A stretch of DNA of 64,000 nt from Eledone cirrhosa (GCA_964016885.1 OZ024750.1:53506001-53570000); one strand, 5' to 3'; positions 1 through 13,206 are shown, numbered from the stretch's first letter. Notes: generated by a model not told the origin, from the sequence alone. Made by a program: numbers and translations.

Positions 1-1212
1 CTACTAGGTGGTAGTGTGACCCTCTCTATCAGGTGGTAGTGTGACCCTCTCTATTAGGTGGTAGTGTGACCCTCTCTATTAGGTGGTAGTGTGACCCTCT
101 CTACTAAGTGGTAGTGTGACCCTCTCTACTAAGTGGTAGTGTGACCCTCTCTACTAGGTGGTAGTGTGACCCTCTCTATCAGGTGGTAGTGTGACCCTCT
201 CTATTAGGTGGTAGTGTGACCCTCTCTACTAAGTGGTAGTGTGACCCTCTCTACTAAGTGGTAGTGTGACCCTCTCTACTAGGTGGTAGTGTGACCCTCT
301 CTATTAGGTGGTAGTGTGACCCTCTCTATTAGGTGGTAGTGTGACCCTCTCTACTAGGTGGTAGTGTGACCCTCTCTATCAGGTGGTAGTGTGACCCTCT
401 CTACTAGGTGGTAGTGTGACCCTCTCTACTAGGTGGTAGTGTGACCCTCTCTATCAGGTGGTAGTGTGACCCTCTCTACTAAGTGGTAGTGTGACCCTCT
501 CTACTAGGTGGTAGTGTGACCCTCTCTACTAGGTGGTAGTGTGACCCTCTCTATCAGGTGGTAGTGTGACCCTCTCTACTAAGTGGTAGTGTGACCCTCT
601 CTACTAGGTGGTAGTGTGACCCTCTCTACTAGGTGGTAGTGTGACCCTCTCTATCAGGTGGTAGTGTGACCCTCTCTATTAGGTGGTAGTGTGACCCTCT
701 CTACTAAGTGGTAGTGTGACCCTCTCTACTAAGTGGTAGTGTGACCCTCTCTACTAGGTGGTAGTGTGACCCTCTCTACTAGGTGGTAGTGTGACCCTCT
801 CTATCAGGTGGTAGTGTGACCCTCTCTATTAGGTGGTAGTGTGACCCTCTCTATCAGGTGGTAGTGTGACCCTCTCTATCAGGTGGTAGTGTGACCCTCT
901 CTACTAGGTGGTAGTGTGACCCTCTCTACTAGGTGGTAGTGTGACCCTCTCTACTAGGTGGTAGTGTGACCCTCTCTATCAGGTGGTAGTGTGACCCTCT
1001 CTATCAGGTGGTAGTGTGACCCTCTCTATCAGGTGGTAGTGTAACCCTCTCTATCAGGTGGTAGTGTGACCCTCTCTATCAGGTGGTAGTGTGACCCTCT
1101 CTATCAGGTGGTAGTGTGACCCTCTCTACTAGGTGGTAGTGTGACCCTCTCTATCAGGTGGTAGTGTGACCCTCTCTATTAGGTGGTAGTGTGACCCTCT
1201 CTATCAGGTGGT
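1..1212. repeat. 25-bp minisatellite (aggtggtagtgtgaccctctctaYY), ~48 copies, truncated by window start
   Basis: Period 25 read directly; variation is almost confined to atc/att/act and agg/aag. Confidence 0.97.
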
Positions 1213-1220
1213 GCGACTGA

Positions 1221-1550
1221 TTAACCCTTTTGATACCAAACTGGCTGAAATCGCCCACAGTTTTGTGATACGAAACTATTTATTTTAAAGTGTTTATATT
1301 TATCTAAAAACTGTCCATCATAAAGTTATGTAAGAACTTTTTAATATATTCCAAAACGCAACTCAATAATGAGAAAGTTAGCTATATTACTGGATCTAGC
1401 CATATTCTTGATTATTTTCGAAATGATTTGAAACCTTTTGATGGTAAACCACATGAAACTGCCCTCGATTTACTATACTGCTCATTTAAAAATGTATATT
1501 TTTATATTAAAACTTTATAACATGATTTTATTTTAGAAATGTTTAAGTAA
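1221..1550. mobile_element. AT-rich non-autonomous DNA-transposon family with piggyBac-like ends (TTAA-CCCTT...AGGG-TTAA); related fragments near 24500-24960, 34780-34970, 41519-41725 and 62860-63050
   Basis: ttaaccctttt at 1221 and 41519; cagggttaa at ~24960; shared internal motifs (ttttaaagtg, aagaaccttt, gaaaggtttttagataaat). Confidence 0.45.
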
Positions 1551-1552
1551 TC

Positions 1553-2300
1553 ATCATCGCCGTTTTACGTCCGTTCTTCCACGCTAGCATGGGTTAGACG
1601 GGTTGTCCTGTTGTGGGCAGTGTCCGGTCGGCTGACTTTGTCTTGCTCATACGGGAACTGATTCTGGCTTGATTTCTACAGCTGGATGCCCTTCCTAAAA
1701 CCACCTCATTTACAGTGAGTGCTGGGTGCTTTTTTGCTGTAGCACCTCCATGACCACTTTGCAGTGAGAGGGTGTGGGGGCATATTGTCTATATGCTTCA
1801 GGTTCGGCTTGTACCCGTGGGGGGTCGGGTCTTATGTATTACTGCGTGACGCCAGAGGTCACGGTCGTGTGTCATCGCCTTTGAGAGGTGTAATTGGGTA
1901 AGGTCAGCTTTTATCACCTCATCCCAGGTCTTCTTGGGTCACCCCGCTCCGCTTCCATCGGTTTCTAGTGCTCTGCACCTTTTTATGCAGCTGTCATCCT
2001 TCATACGCATCACATGTCCATACCAGCGCCACCGCCTCTCCTGCACACAGCATTTGATTCCTCTTATGCTCAGTCTCTCTCTCAATTCATTTATACTTTG
2101 CAGTTCACGTATATTACTATTACACATCCATCGGAGCATGGAGGCTTCGTTTCTTTCTAATCTACGCAATTCTTCCACAGACAGCACCCAAGTCTCACTA
2201 CCATGTAACATTGCTGTTCGTATACACGCATCATACAGTCTGCCTTTCATGTTGAGGGAGAAGCCTTTTGCAGCTAGCAGTGGCAGTAGCTCCCTATTAG
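1553..2300 (-). mobile_element. RTE-clade LINE 3' fragment with SINE-like tail
   Basis: ORF 1939-2250 KGRLYDACIRTAMLHGSETW...RWRWYGHVMR is the RTE RT C-terminus; tail acccatgctagcgtggaagaacggacgtaaaacggcgatgatga on the minus strand. Confidence 0.85.
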
Positions 2301-3303
2301 CTTAATAATGAAAACCTTATTACATTCCTCCTAATTGTTGGTTATTTTCAATATTGGAACAGAGGCTGTTTATTTTATTAGAGTCGTAACTGGTGCAGTG
2401 ATGTGAATCACTGGTTCAATTCTCAGCCGGAGCTAAAGTGTGTGTCTCACTTGGACAGGTCTTCAGTTTGGAACTCCACAACTCTCCCACAATCAGTCGG
2501 TGGGGCAGCTAAAGTGTGTCTCACTTGGACAATTCTTCAGTTTCAAATCCCACGACTCTCCCACAATAATCACAATACAGATCAAACATACTTAAGTTGT
2601 TAAAGAAAAAGGGAAAATGACGTGTACAACAACTAGTGTTTTAAGGACATTTCCCAGCTAAAGTAGGGGCTAGTCTTATTTGTCCCATGGTATGTACAAC
2701 GGGTGTTTTAGGGCCATTTTCTCTCCTTAATCAGGAGTTAGCTTTGCAGACTCTATGGAGACCTTTCTGATGCCATGTTTTACAACTGGATGCCCTTCCT
2801 GGTCCCAACTCTTCTAATCAGTGTTTACAATACACATAGATACAGTGTACCAATTCAAAACAACACATAGAGCTGAAAATAACTTGTAGAAAAGTTGAAA
2901 TTGTAAAAAGTCATCTTGTAATCTCATTTCAATGCCCCCCCCCCCCCCCCCCCCCCATTACATGCCTCCTTCTGCTACAACTAATTATTCATTTTGGCTG
3001 TTTTGTTACCATAGTTCTAATGAAAGGCATTACTTGTGATTTTCAAATAATCTTGAAAAATAATTTGGAGGGTTTTGGTAATGTTTCTCATTATTCTGGT
3101 GTGACATAAAGGTTCTTAGGATGGGGAGTTTTAGATGATTATGAACACTTTAGAATAGTTTCCAATGAATAGGACCGGCGTTGCACACAACCAGTTAAAC
3201 AGAAAACCTTTAGTTTTGTATGGTAGAATGTGAGGCAGTTTGGGGCAGGTTAGTATGAAAGTTACAATAACTTGTTTATCCATAGGGAAAAGGTTGTCAG
3301 GGC

Positions 3304-3571
3304 TGTGTTGTGTTGTGTGTGTAGTGTAGTGTTGTGTTGTGTTGTGTTGTGTGGTGTGGTGTTGTGTTGTGTGGTGTGGTGTGGTGTGGTGTGGTGTGGT
3401 GTTGTGTAGTGTGTGGTGTAGTATGTTGTGTAGTGTAGTGTGTGGTGTTGTGTTGTTTAGTGTGGTGTTGTGTGTAGTGTAGTGTAGTGTGTGGTGTTGT
3501 GTGTAGTGTAGTGTAGTGTAGTGTAGTGTGTGGTGTTGTGTTGTGTAGTGTGTGGTGTTGTGTAGTGTGTG
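3304..3571. repeat. GT-rich pentamer low-complexity tract (gtgtt/gtgtg/gtagt)
   Basis: Read directly; explains the H/T/Y-rich ORF 3131-3574. Confidence 0.9.
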
Positions 3572-3781
3572 CATATGAGTTTTCTTAAGAAAGTTTCTTT
3601 GAACTATTCACCCCTATAGTTTCTCTTATATTTCTAAACACATCCTTCATACTAGTAGTCTTTATGACAGTGACCAGTGTGTACCAAGTAATCACCTTCC
3701 ACTAGTGAGTGTTCAGTACAATTATTTCAACCAATATTTCTATAAATGTTGTCTTTACAATCTCTCTACTATTGTCTAGAG

Positions 3782-4123
3782 CAGCGGTCACCAACTGGTT
3801 GTTTGCAGAAAATTTGGACATTATTTATAATTTTCATGTCTTATCAATAATGAAACAAAAATAATATTCGGTTAAAATATATTTTATAACACCCCGAAAA
3901 AATGTTTCTCCTTAGTAAAGAACTAACATCCATGAAAGAATTTTACACATATGTATCATCTATCGACAATATGACACACGTACGCTTTAGCATTTATAAT
4001 TTTGTTATATTTAATAGGTGCATTTTATATTAATAAAATGGAAGTTCTCTGATCAATATTTTACAAATGTATTTATCTTTTTAAAATTATGAATTTAGTG
4101 GTCCATGAGTTCGGCAACTGCTG
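3782..4123. mobile_element. hAT (Buster-type) MITE
   Basis: Degraded TIRs cagcggtcaccaac / gttcggcaactgctg; 8-bp TSD gtctagag (3774-3781) / ttctagag (4124-4131) with central TA. Confidence 0.6.
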
Positions 4124-4168
4124 TTCTAGAGTATATTATCTTTCTATACTATGTTCTATTGTCTACAG

Positions 4169-6447
4169 CAGGCATGTCAAGCTGGGGGTTTCCCAGGGGC
4201 CACATAGGTTACATATATGTTGTCTGAGGGCCACACACAACAACTTGTGACAATTACAACTAATTGAAGCCATTTAATAAAATTTATTGCAGAAAAATTT
4301 GTTACTTAAATTTAGAAACCTACTATGTACATACAAATGTTTTAGCAGCATTCATGAATACAAAATAATGAAGTTGTTTGACAAAAAACTAAAATTTTAA
4401 ATGGCAACATATACTTGCAGCTTGCAACAGCAACAAATACATTGTACACAAATTACAACAGTTCAAAACTGAACATTTATTTGCTACTTTTCAACCATTT
4501 TTAGTGTTTTGTCCTGAGGCTTGACACTTCTTTTTGTTGACAATTTTTGGTGTGTCTGGCTGAAATGTCTGTACAGTTCCAACTTTGATCAGAGATGACA
4601 AGTGTTGATCAGTCAGCCTTGTTCTCTGAGGAGCTTTTGTTAATTTCATGAAGGAAAATATCTGTTGACAAACATAGGTAGAACCAAACATTGCCATAAT
4701 CTTTGTGGCAAACTTTCTGAAGTTTTTAAACTTTTGAGGAAGGTATGAAAAGAAACCAGGTATCCCCACTTCAAGATACTTTGTTCTGAGTGTAGAATCT
4801 GACTGCATTTCCAATAGTTCCATCTACAGGCTTTCTTCTGCCTTCATCAAAGGTGAATGGTGCTGAGAATAATGCAAACTGATGTTCAAAAGATGAGAAA
4901 TCACAAAATCTTTCCTGAAATTCCTTTTACAACAATTCCAGGTGACTCGTATTTAGCTAAGCTAAGTACAGACTCAGTATTGGCAGTGTTTTTCAGCTCT
5001 TTGCATGTAGGAAAATGAACTGAACTTTCATTTGACAACTGTGACTTCAATAAGCTTAGTTTTGTAATGAAGCACTTGATGTCATCATACAACTGATTGA
5101 TGAGTTTGTTTTTACCTTGTAATTTCAAATTAAGATCAGTTAATTGTGTAGTAATATCCACAGCAAAAGCCAGATCTTGGAGCCAACTTTCATCCTTTAT
5201 TTCATCTATGTTTTGACCTTTCATCTCCAAAAACATAATCATTTCTTGTCTCAACAAATAGAATCTTTTCAGCACTTGACAACCAGCAGACTTCTGTGTA
5301 GAATGGAACATCAGTGAACTGATTATCCATATCATTGACAACTGGCTGAACTGACCGGTTGAGAGCACGGCTTCTGCTATAGTTCACTGTCTTTGTGACC
5401 AAGCTAAGCACATGATGCAATTTAATAATCTTTGAACACAAATTTTGCTGATGAATAATACAGTGAAAATGTGCAAATGAGGAATCTGGATGCGAGTTTT
5501 CTACTTTTGTTTGTAACTTGACAGCAACACTATTATATCTGCCAAGCATATTCGCAGCACTGGCAGTAGAAAAGCATGCAAGTTTACTCAAATCAAAACC
5601 ATAGTCATGCATGCGGACCAGTTCAATCAGTTCTTCATAAATATTAAATTCACTGTCACAGGCCCTGATGAAGAATGCAAGCTGTGCTATTCCAGTGATG
5701 TCAACGGTCTCATCAATAGCAATAGAAACATGTTCAAACCTTGATGATACAGCCTTTAACTGTTGTTTCAGATCACCTGACATTTCATTAATCCGTTCAG
5801 CAACAGTGTTCCTGGTTAATGAAATGTCTTTGAATAACTGTGTGATAACTCAAGGCGATCATTCGGCTGAGTTCATAGCTTGTAGTAACGGAAGTGACAT
5901 TCTCTTCCTGAATTTACATAAAACAGGTCTGTTGCTGTGTCAAGTTAGCCTTCAATTCCTTGAGTCTTGAAACACACATTGGGCCTTCATATTTATCGTA
6001 AGATCGATGGTTCGTTTCATAATTCCTTTTCATATTGTACTCTTTTGGTGTGGTGATGCAGTTGTTACAAATATAACTGTATCTTTCCATTCACCATTGT
6101 GCAAAAATACTGTAATTCCCACTTTTCTTGAAACACTCACTATTCTTCATTCAACTTCCTTTTTCTCTTAGCTGGAAGAACACTACCCATTTTAAAAGCA
6201 AAAAACTTTTGAAATTTCAAAAGAAAGTTTTCTGTTTACAACTGTTAATCAGCTGCGCATGATTCGTCGGAAGTTAAAAGTAGTTGACAAAAATCACACA
6301 AAAAAAACAAAACAATCATATTGAAAAATCTTTTTATTTTATATTATGAAGGTAAAACATGCTTGCGTGGTAAAAACTTTTGTACGGGCCGCAGGTGTGC
6401 TTGTAACAGGCCGCATGGGGACCGGGGCTGCATGTTTGACAGGCCTG
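4169..6447 (-). mobile_element. hAT DNA transposon (Buster/Charlie/GTF2IRD2-like), transposase pseudogenised
   Basis: TIRs caggcatgtcaagc / gtttgacaggcctg; flanks gtctacag / gtctatac (6/8). Frameshifted ORFs 4491-5783 contain SIAIDETVDITGIAQL, HFHCIIHQQNLC, WLQDLAFAVDIT and FGSTYVCQQIFSFMK (hAT dimerisation domain). Confidence 0.9.
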
Positions 6448-6455
6448 GTCTATAC

Positions 6456-6585
6456 TATGTCTATACTATATTATATCTCTATACTATGTTCTATTGTCTA
6501 CACTATATTATATCTCTATACTATGTTCTATTGTCTATACTATATTATATCTCTATACTATGTTCTATTGTCTACACTATATTAC
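6456..6585. repeat. 37-bp tandem repeat (~3 copies; a further unit at 4132-4168 on the other side of the hAT element)
   Basis: tatattatatctctatactatgttctattgtctacac repeated. Confidence 0.85.
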
Positions 6586-6669
6586 CCAATTTTTCCTAAC
6601 AGGAGGCACCAGCTAAAGTAGTTTGTAAATTTTTTTTCTTCCTTCCTTCATAAATAGGTCAACAGGACA

Positions 6670-6880
6670 TTGATTGATTGGTTGGTCGATGTATTGATTG
6701 GTTGGTTGTAGAGTTGGTTGGTGCAGTAGTTGGTACATTGGTTAGTTCATTGGTTGGTGCAGTGGTTGGTTGATTGGTTGGTGCAGTGGTTGGTTGATTG
6801 GTTGGTTGATTGATTGGTGTATTGGTTGGTGCAGTGGGTGGTGCAGTGGTTGGTTGATTGATTGGTGCAGTGGGTGGTTA
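6670..6880. repeat. (TTGG)n-derived low-complexity tract
   Basis: ttggttgg/gtgcagtgg units. Confidence 0.8.
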
Positions 6881-6929
6881 GTTTAAAAGAAAAAAAAAAC
6901 TACTTAATTCCGCCAAAAAGTCTTTGTTA

Positions 6930-7399
6930 ATCTAAGCCAGCATTATCATTAAATCAAGCGAGAGAGTTCCTATGAGGAGTGACCTCATGAAAGGTCATCT
7001 AAGTCAGCTTTATCATTAAATCAAGCGAGAGAGTTCCTATGAGGAGTGACCTCATGAAAGGTCATCTAAGTCAGCTTTATCATTAAATCAACCAAGAGAG
7101 TTCCTATGAGGAGTGACCTCGTGAAAGGTCATCTAAGCCAGCGTTATCATTAAATCAACCAAGAGAGTTCCTATGAGGAGTGACCTCGTGAAAGGTCATC
7201 TAAGCCAGCATTATCATTAAATCAAGCGAGAGAGTTCCTATGAGGAGTGACCTCGTGAAAGGTCATCTAAGCCAGCGTTATCATTAAATCAAGCGAGAGA
7301 GTTCCTATGAGGAGTGACCTCGTGAAAGGTCATCTAAGCCAGCTTTATCATTAAATCAAGCGAGAGAGTTCCTATGAGGAGTGACCTCGTGAAAGATCA
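6930..7399. repeat. 67-bp tandem repeat, 7 copies
   Basis: Unit atctaagccagcattatcattaaatcaagcgagagagttcctatgaggagtgacctcRtgaaaggtc starting at 6930, 6997, 7064 etc. Confidence 0.97.
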
Positions 7400-7461
7400 A
7401 TTAAACATAACTCAAATTTGGACCATAGCAACAGTAACACCATTATATAGCAGTAGTTGGT

Positions 7462-7575
7462 TGAGTTCAAATCCCACCGAGGTTAACTTTGCCTTTCATC
7501 CTTACGGGGTGAATAAGTAATGTACCGGTAATACACTGGGAAATTGCTGGCCTTTGCCACACGTAGAAACAATTA
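7462..7575 (+). mobile_element. tRNA-derived SINE fragment with Deu/Nin-like central domain; further copies at ~9862-10060(-), 12105-12285(-), 47972-48370(+), 50150-50608(+, several), 51045-51240(-)
   Basis: B-box gagttcaaatcc followed by gaggttaactttgcctttcatcctt...taaagtaccagtaatgcactggg; A-box tggcagaattgg is visible in the 50462 copy. Confidence 0.7.
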
Positions 7576-7725
7576 TATAGCAGCAGCAGTAGTAGTAGTT
7601 GTAGAAGTGATAGCAGCAGCAGTAGTTGTAGTAGTGATAGTAGTAGCAGCAGCAGTGGGAGTAGTAATAGTGATAGTAGTAGTAGTAGTAATAGCAGCAG
7701 TGGTAGTAACAGCCGTAATAGTTCA
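7575..7725. repeat. (TAG/CAG)n trinucleotide tract
   Basis: Explains the poly-L, poly-Y and poly-V ORFs at 7467-7769. Confidence 0.9.
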
Positions 7726-7740
7726 GCAATAATATCCAAC

Positions 7741-8128
7741 CTGTTGTACTCCATAACTGATAGTTTCACTTGGTACTCTGTTGTACTCTACTCCATAACT
7801 GATAGTTTCACTTGGTACTCTGTTGTACTCTTCTCCATAACTGATAGTTTCACTTGGTACTCTGTTGTACTCTACTCCATAACTGATAGTTTCACTTGGT
7901 ACTCTGTTGTACTCTACTCCATAACTGATAGTTTCACTTGGTACTCTGTTGTACTCTTCTCCATAACTGATAGTTTCACTTGGTACTCTGTTGTACTCTT
8001 CTCCATAACTGATAGTTTCACTTGGTACTCTGTTGTACTCTTCTCCATAACTGATAGTTTCACTTGGTACTCTGTTGTACTCTTCTCCATAACTAATAGT
8101 TTCTCTTGGTACTCTGTTGTACTCTTCT
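7741..8128. repeat. 42-bp tandem repeat, ~9 copies
   Basis: actccataactgatagtttcacttggtactctgttgtactct; produces the YSITDSFTWYSVVL repeat ORF. Confidence 0.97.
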
Positions 8129-9280
8129 CAACCTTGAGATTTTGGGTTCAACTGCAATATATGGCACATTGAGGGTGGGGCTACTCAATGTGGGTGAAAG
8201 TTTGTAGAGAAGAACTGCATGGAAGCCTATCATTGTAAAGTATTTGGTGATAGAAAGGGCAAAGTAAAGAAAGAAAAGCTTGCTAACCTAAGTGTCTGAA
8301 GGACAGCTGTGTCAAAGATGTGACAATGTCCCTAGTGGTAATGCCACCATGAACAAATCATCCACTGCACTCAGTAGAGTGCAGGAATATATGAGATGTG
8401 GGCCTCTCCAGCTGATCAGGGAGGTGAGTAGCTCTGATTAAGTACTGATGACTGCTCAAACCTTTGCTAGAAAACAAGTATAAAATTATGGATAGTCTAC
8501 ACAGGGCTTGCACTGTGGTATTCTCTTTATCAGTTGTCAAGTTTTTAGTGCACACACACACACATATGTGTGTGGGTCTGTAAGTTTTCAGTACACACAC
8601 ACACGTGAGTGTCTGTAGGTTTTGACAATGACACCACTTCTACAACCAGCGACATTTGTTTATGACCTGCAGTTTAATGGTAATCCATGAGACTTTTAGT
8701 GAACCTTATCAACAATAAGCTGTTTTGCTGTTAGAATGGCCATCTGACTGTTAAATTCTGCTTGTGGAAGTTTCTCCGACTCCCTCTTGTAATTACTGTC
8801 TTTCAAATAACAACTGTTGACCCTTATAAACCAGCATGGAATGAAGACAAAAATGGTAATGATGATGATGGGTCTGGGGTTATTCCAGAGTACTGCACTG
8901 GGGTATGAACTCAAAGGGGGTTCTCAAGAGGTTCTCTGTCTTATTTAGTATTTAGCAGTCTTGAAAATGAAAAAGAAAAAATTAAATTTAGAACACATTT
9001 TTATGTAGATTTGACTGGTCTTCTAAGAGAAAGTTTCTTGGGTGTTTTAATGATAGTGGCTCCAGTCCTATCATGAACAGTAACATGAAATAAAGTGTCT
9101 TGTTAAAAACACAATGCACCACCCACTCCAGGAACTGAATCCACAACCTTCTGATTGCAAACCTAACACTCTAACCACTAGGCAACATGCCTTCACTAGG
9201 GTGTGTTGTGTACTGTAAAATGTACTCCACTTTAGTGAGTCAACTGGGGTTGATTCAATCCATACACTAGTGTGTATATG

Positions 9281-9311
<31 letters not shown>

Positions 9312-10084
9312 TTTATTGCAGCTGGTTGTTATGTTGTTGTCAAACAGTGGGTCAATAAAAAACAGAGCTCATGTGAGTGCAAGTTGGAGTGGGAAGAGGG
9401 AGTTACTAGATTCCGCTCCATAATATATTTGATAATCTAATTTTCTGTCATCATCCCTGGCATTGTAATCATCACCACCACCACCACCACCACCACCACC
9501 AATATGATCACTATCACCGTCACCACCATCTTCACTGTTAGACTCCACATTTGTGATACCAACCTGGCCAAAACTGATGTTCTATAAAACCTACTTTAAA
9601 TAGGTTTTATATAACAACCATGTTATATTATCTGAGTAATGAAATAACTTTAGTAAATGTCCAAGAAATGTCTTTAGTAATTGACATAGTGTATTTAATT
9701 AAAAAGCGTAATTGTGTGTGGTATACTTAAACTTAGGTAGTAAACTTAATTTGCCACCACCTGGTCCTTGGCTGTCTTTAGCAGCATTTGAACTGGGCCT
9801 GTGACTGGAGGTGAGGAGAGTTCCTCCATACCTCCCACCTGTGCACTGCCTGTCATCAGTAATGATAATTGAAATTTGGAACAAGGATAGTAATTTGGAA
9901 GGAACGGTGGGGAAAGTTGATGCAATTAGCCCCAGCGCATTACTAGTATTTTATTTTATCGACCCTGTAAGGATGAAAGGCAAAATTAACCTTGGCTAGA
10001 TTTGAGCTCAGAAGAATGTAAAGGGCCGTAACTATATGCTACAAAGTATGTTGTCCAAATAATAATGTTCTATTGGCCACAAGA

Positions 10085-12105
10085 CCTAAGACATTTAGGA
10101 CAATACAAGAACAAAATTATCAGGGTGGGGTTTTACAGTAATAGAAGAGCTGAAACAGAGAGTTGTATTGCAAAACCAGGAGATAAGGAGATGTGTAAAT
10201 AGAAATAAAAAGTTTGAGGAGAATAGACTCCCAAAATAATACAAAACAATTCTTCTGCAATTTGGAAGGAAACAATGGGAAGGATGCTATTCCTAATGAT
10301 GATAAGACCAAGGAGTCTGGAATGGGATAGGGGGAATCAGTATGAGGCATAGAAAGGATGTCAAGTGGATAAACACCATCAAGACAGAATTGCGAGGAGG
10401 AAATATACAAAAAGATATTACAATAATCACAGTTGATGTGAAGGATCAAGAAGCCGAGATACCAAACTGGAAAGCCCCTGACCAGATGGGATCCCCCTGA
10501 CCAGATGGGATCCACGGCTTTTGGTTGAGAGTTGCAGTGCAATACATTAAAGGCAACACAATTGAAGGAATATGTCCTGAGAGGTGCAGTCCCCACCTGG
10601 ATAGTTACAGGGAGAAGAACTCTTGTGATAAAATATAGAAGGGGAATGCTGTGGGAAACTACCGCTCTAGAGCATGCCTAAACATTATATGGAAGGTTTT
10701 CACTGGGATATTTGTGGGGAAGATATCTACTTTTTTGTCACAGGAAAGAATACTAACAAAGGAACAAAAAGGATGTAGGAAGAAGTCCTACAGTACCAAG
10801 GACCACCTAATTATTAATAAGACAGTTTTAAGGCATTGCAAGAAACCTCACACAAACATGGCCTGGATAGACTTTAAGAAGACATGATATGGTGCCTCAT
10901 TCTTGGATTAGTGAATGCCTGCAGATATTTGGTATTGCTGACAACATCATCAAGTTTCTGCTGAATAGTGTGACAGAGTGGACAACCAAGTTATACTCAA
11001 GCAACGTCTTTCTGAGAGAAGTAGGAATTAAAAGATACCTTCCAAGGGGACTCATTCTCACTGTTACTATTTGTTATAGCACTGATACATATAACACTCG
11101 CATTTTACCAATTTGGAAAGTAAGGGCCATTCATAAACCACCTTCTATTTATGGATGACCTGAAACTGTTTGGGAAGTGTGAAAACCAAAGACTCATTGG
11201 TTCAGATATGTAGCAGTGACATCAGTATGGAATTTAGGATTTCCAAATCCTCTGTACTCAACATGAAAAGAGGGAAGAAAGCAGCCTGTAGTGGATTACA
11301 ACTACCATCAGGAGAAACCATGGGTGAACCAGAAGATAGTGGCTATAAATATTTGGGGATCTTAGAACTAGATGATATTTTGCATGCAGAAATGAAAGAA
11401 CAGGTTAGAGGGATGTATTTAAAAAGAGTAAAAATGATTTTAAAATCCAACTTGAATGTGAGAAATCTGGTCACTGCAGAGGATATCTAAAAAACCTTCT
11501 GACACACAGAAATGCTGGCTTTGTGGAAAGAATGTGGAAAATGAGGCCCACCTGGCAAGTGGATGTGAGAACCTTGCAGAAAGAGAATACAAGCGCTACC
11601 ATAACAAGTCAGTCTATACCGTCATTGGCTTCTGTGTCGTTAATACTAATATGAAGTCATAGAGAATTGGTATGAGCATGTGTCTTGTAAACTAATGCAG
11701 GAGGATGGGAGAACAATGATATTCTGGGATTATGATTTTCAAACTGATCGAGTAATGGAACATCCCTGACGGGACATTGTCGTGTTGAATAAGAAAGACA
11801 AATACTGTCAGATCATTGATGTGGCCATACCAAATGACACGAATATTGCAATTAAGGAGATTGAAAAAATTCACCAAGTACTCCAAATTGGGGGTATTAG
11901 GGTCAATCCCATTGAAATTTCAAGACTTCTTAAAGCAACTGGGAATACCATACAGGTTGGGTGTCATACAAAAGGTGGCTTTGTTAGGTACTGCAGACAT
12001 TTTGAGGAAAGTATTATTTGTCTGGGGTCCTTGTGACTTGACAGATGTCTAAATACCCCGGTGCATTATAGATCTGCACTGAATGACAAAGCGATAATAA
12101 TAATG
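10085..12105 (+). mobile_element. Decayed R4/Dong-type non-LTR retrotransposon (RT plus restriction-like endonuclease), internally deleted
   Basis: Fragments EQKGCRKKSYSTKDHL, MAWIDFKK..DMVPHSWI, FQGDSFSLLLF, HLLFMDDLKL, YKYLGILE; REL motif ILWDYDFQTDRVMEH..DIVVLNKKDKYCQIIDVAIP; ends in (TAA)n. Confidence 0.85.
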
Positions 12106-13130
12106 ATTTCTACTATAGGCACAAGGCCAGCAATTTGGGGGAAAGGAGAAGTGGATTAAATTGACTCCAAGTGCATTACTGATACTTTATTTTATCAACC
12201 TAAGAACATAAAGAAGGGACGTAACTATATGCTGCAAAGCATTGTGTTCAACGCTCTACTGATACTGCCAATACACCGCTCTTAATAAAAATAAGAAGTA
12301 TATTAAAAAGGCTGATTTGGCAATAAAAATTCCAGTCTGTTTGGATGTCATCAGGTATAGTTTGGTTTATTAAACATATTGTAGTTAACAGATTGTTATC
12401 ACCACTGTTTAACTTCTTTCTTGGATTATCTAGCTTTGTTTATATAATTGTCTTGTGAAAAGACACTTTGTATGCTAATAAATGTTATTTTGTTGATTAT
12501 ACATACATGTGTGTGTGTATATATAATGTTTGGAGGTGTGTGTATATTTATAAATATGTATGTAAATGTATTTATGTGGGTATGTAGATGTATGTGTGTG
12601 TATATATATGTATATTTAAATATACATAAGCCTAACCTTTGGTAGCAGGGAAAACAGCCGTTAAATAATGACAATGATGATATATAGACATACACACATA
12701 TTATATATATATATAGTTGTATGTTTACAAGAAAAATGCATCTGTAGGCGATATGCTGGTTGAGCACTCGATGCTTACGCAGAGCAAAGTATGATACTAT
12801 AAGAATAAAGGAACAAGGATTCAGTGTTACATCGCAACATATTTAATAACATATTACATATGTTTCACCATCAGAACACCAGAAGTCTTCACTGCGGTAG
12901 ATTCAATGAATACCGAAACTATGAGAAAGTGGCCAATACTTTAGCAGCTTGTGATCTTTGGTTTGTTGAGCAATAAAACCTGGGTCTATCACCTAATTCA
13001 CCAGGCTGCTGGAGAAAGTTTTGGATTACCTATAACGATAATTTGTTATCCCATATATATATATATATGAAGTAATTCCGTCAAAAAAGTCAAGGAAATA
13101 ATAATGTTTATAATAAAAATGTTTATTACA

Positions 13131-13206
<76 letters not shown>

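Noticed and set aside
1-1212. CRISPR-like regular repeats (also the 31-, 42-, 48/51- and 67-bp arrays)
   Set aside because: Units are head-to-tail with no unique spacers, there are no cas genes, and the context is eukaryotic.
2935-2956. Poly-C/poly-G runs as functional G-quadruplexes (also ~14685, ~27140, ~62390)
   Set aside because: Simple homopolymers, some inside repeats, with no supporting context.
4491-5783. Domesticated host gene (GTF2IRD2/ZBED-like); likewise 60895-61833
   Set aside because: Both are frameshifted or stop-interrupted and are enclosed by TIRs and TSDs, so they are transposon fossils.
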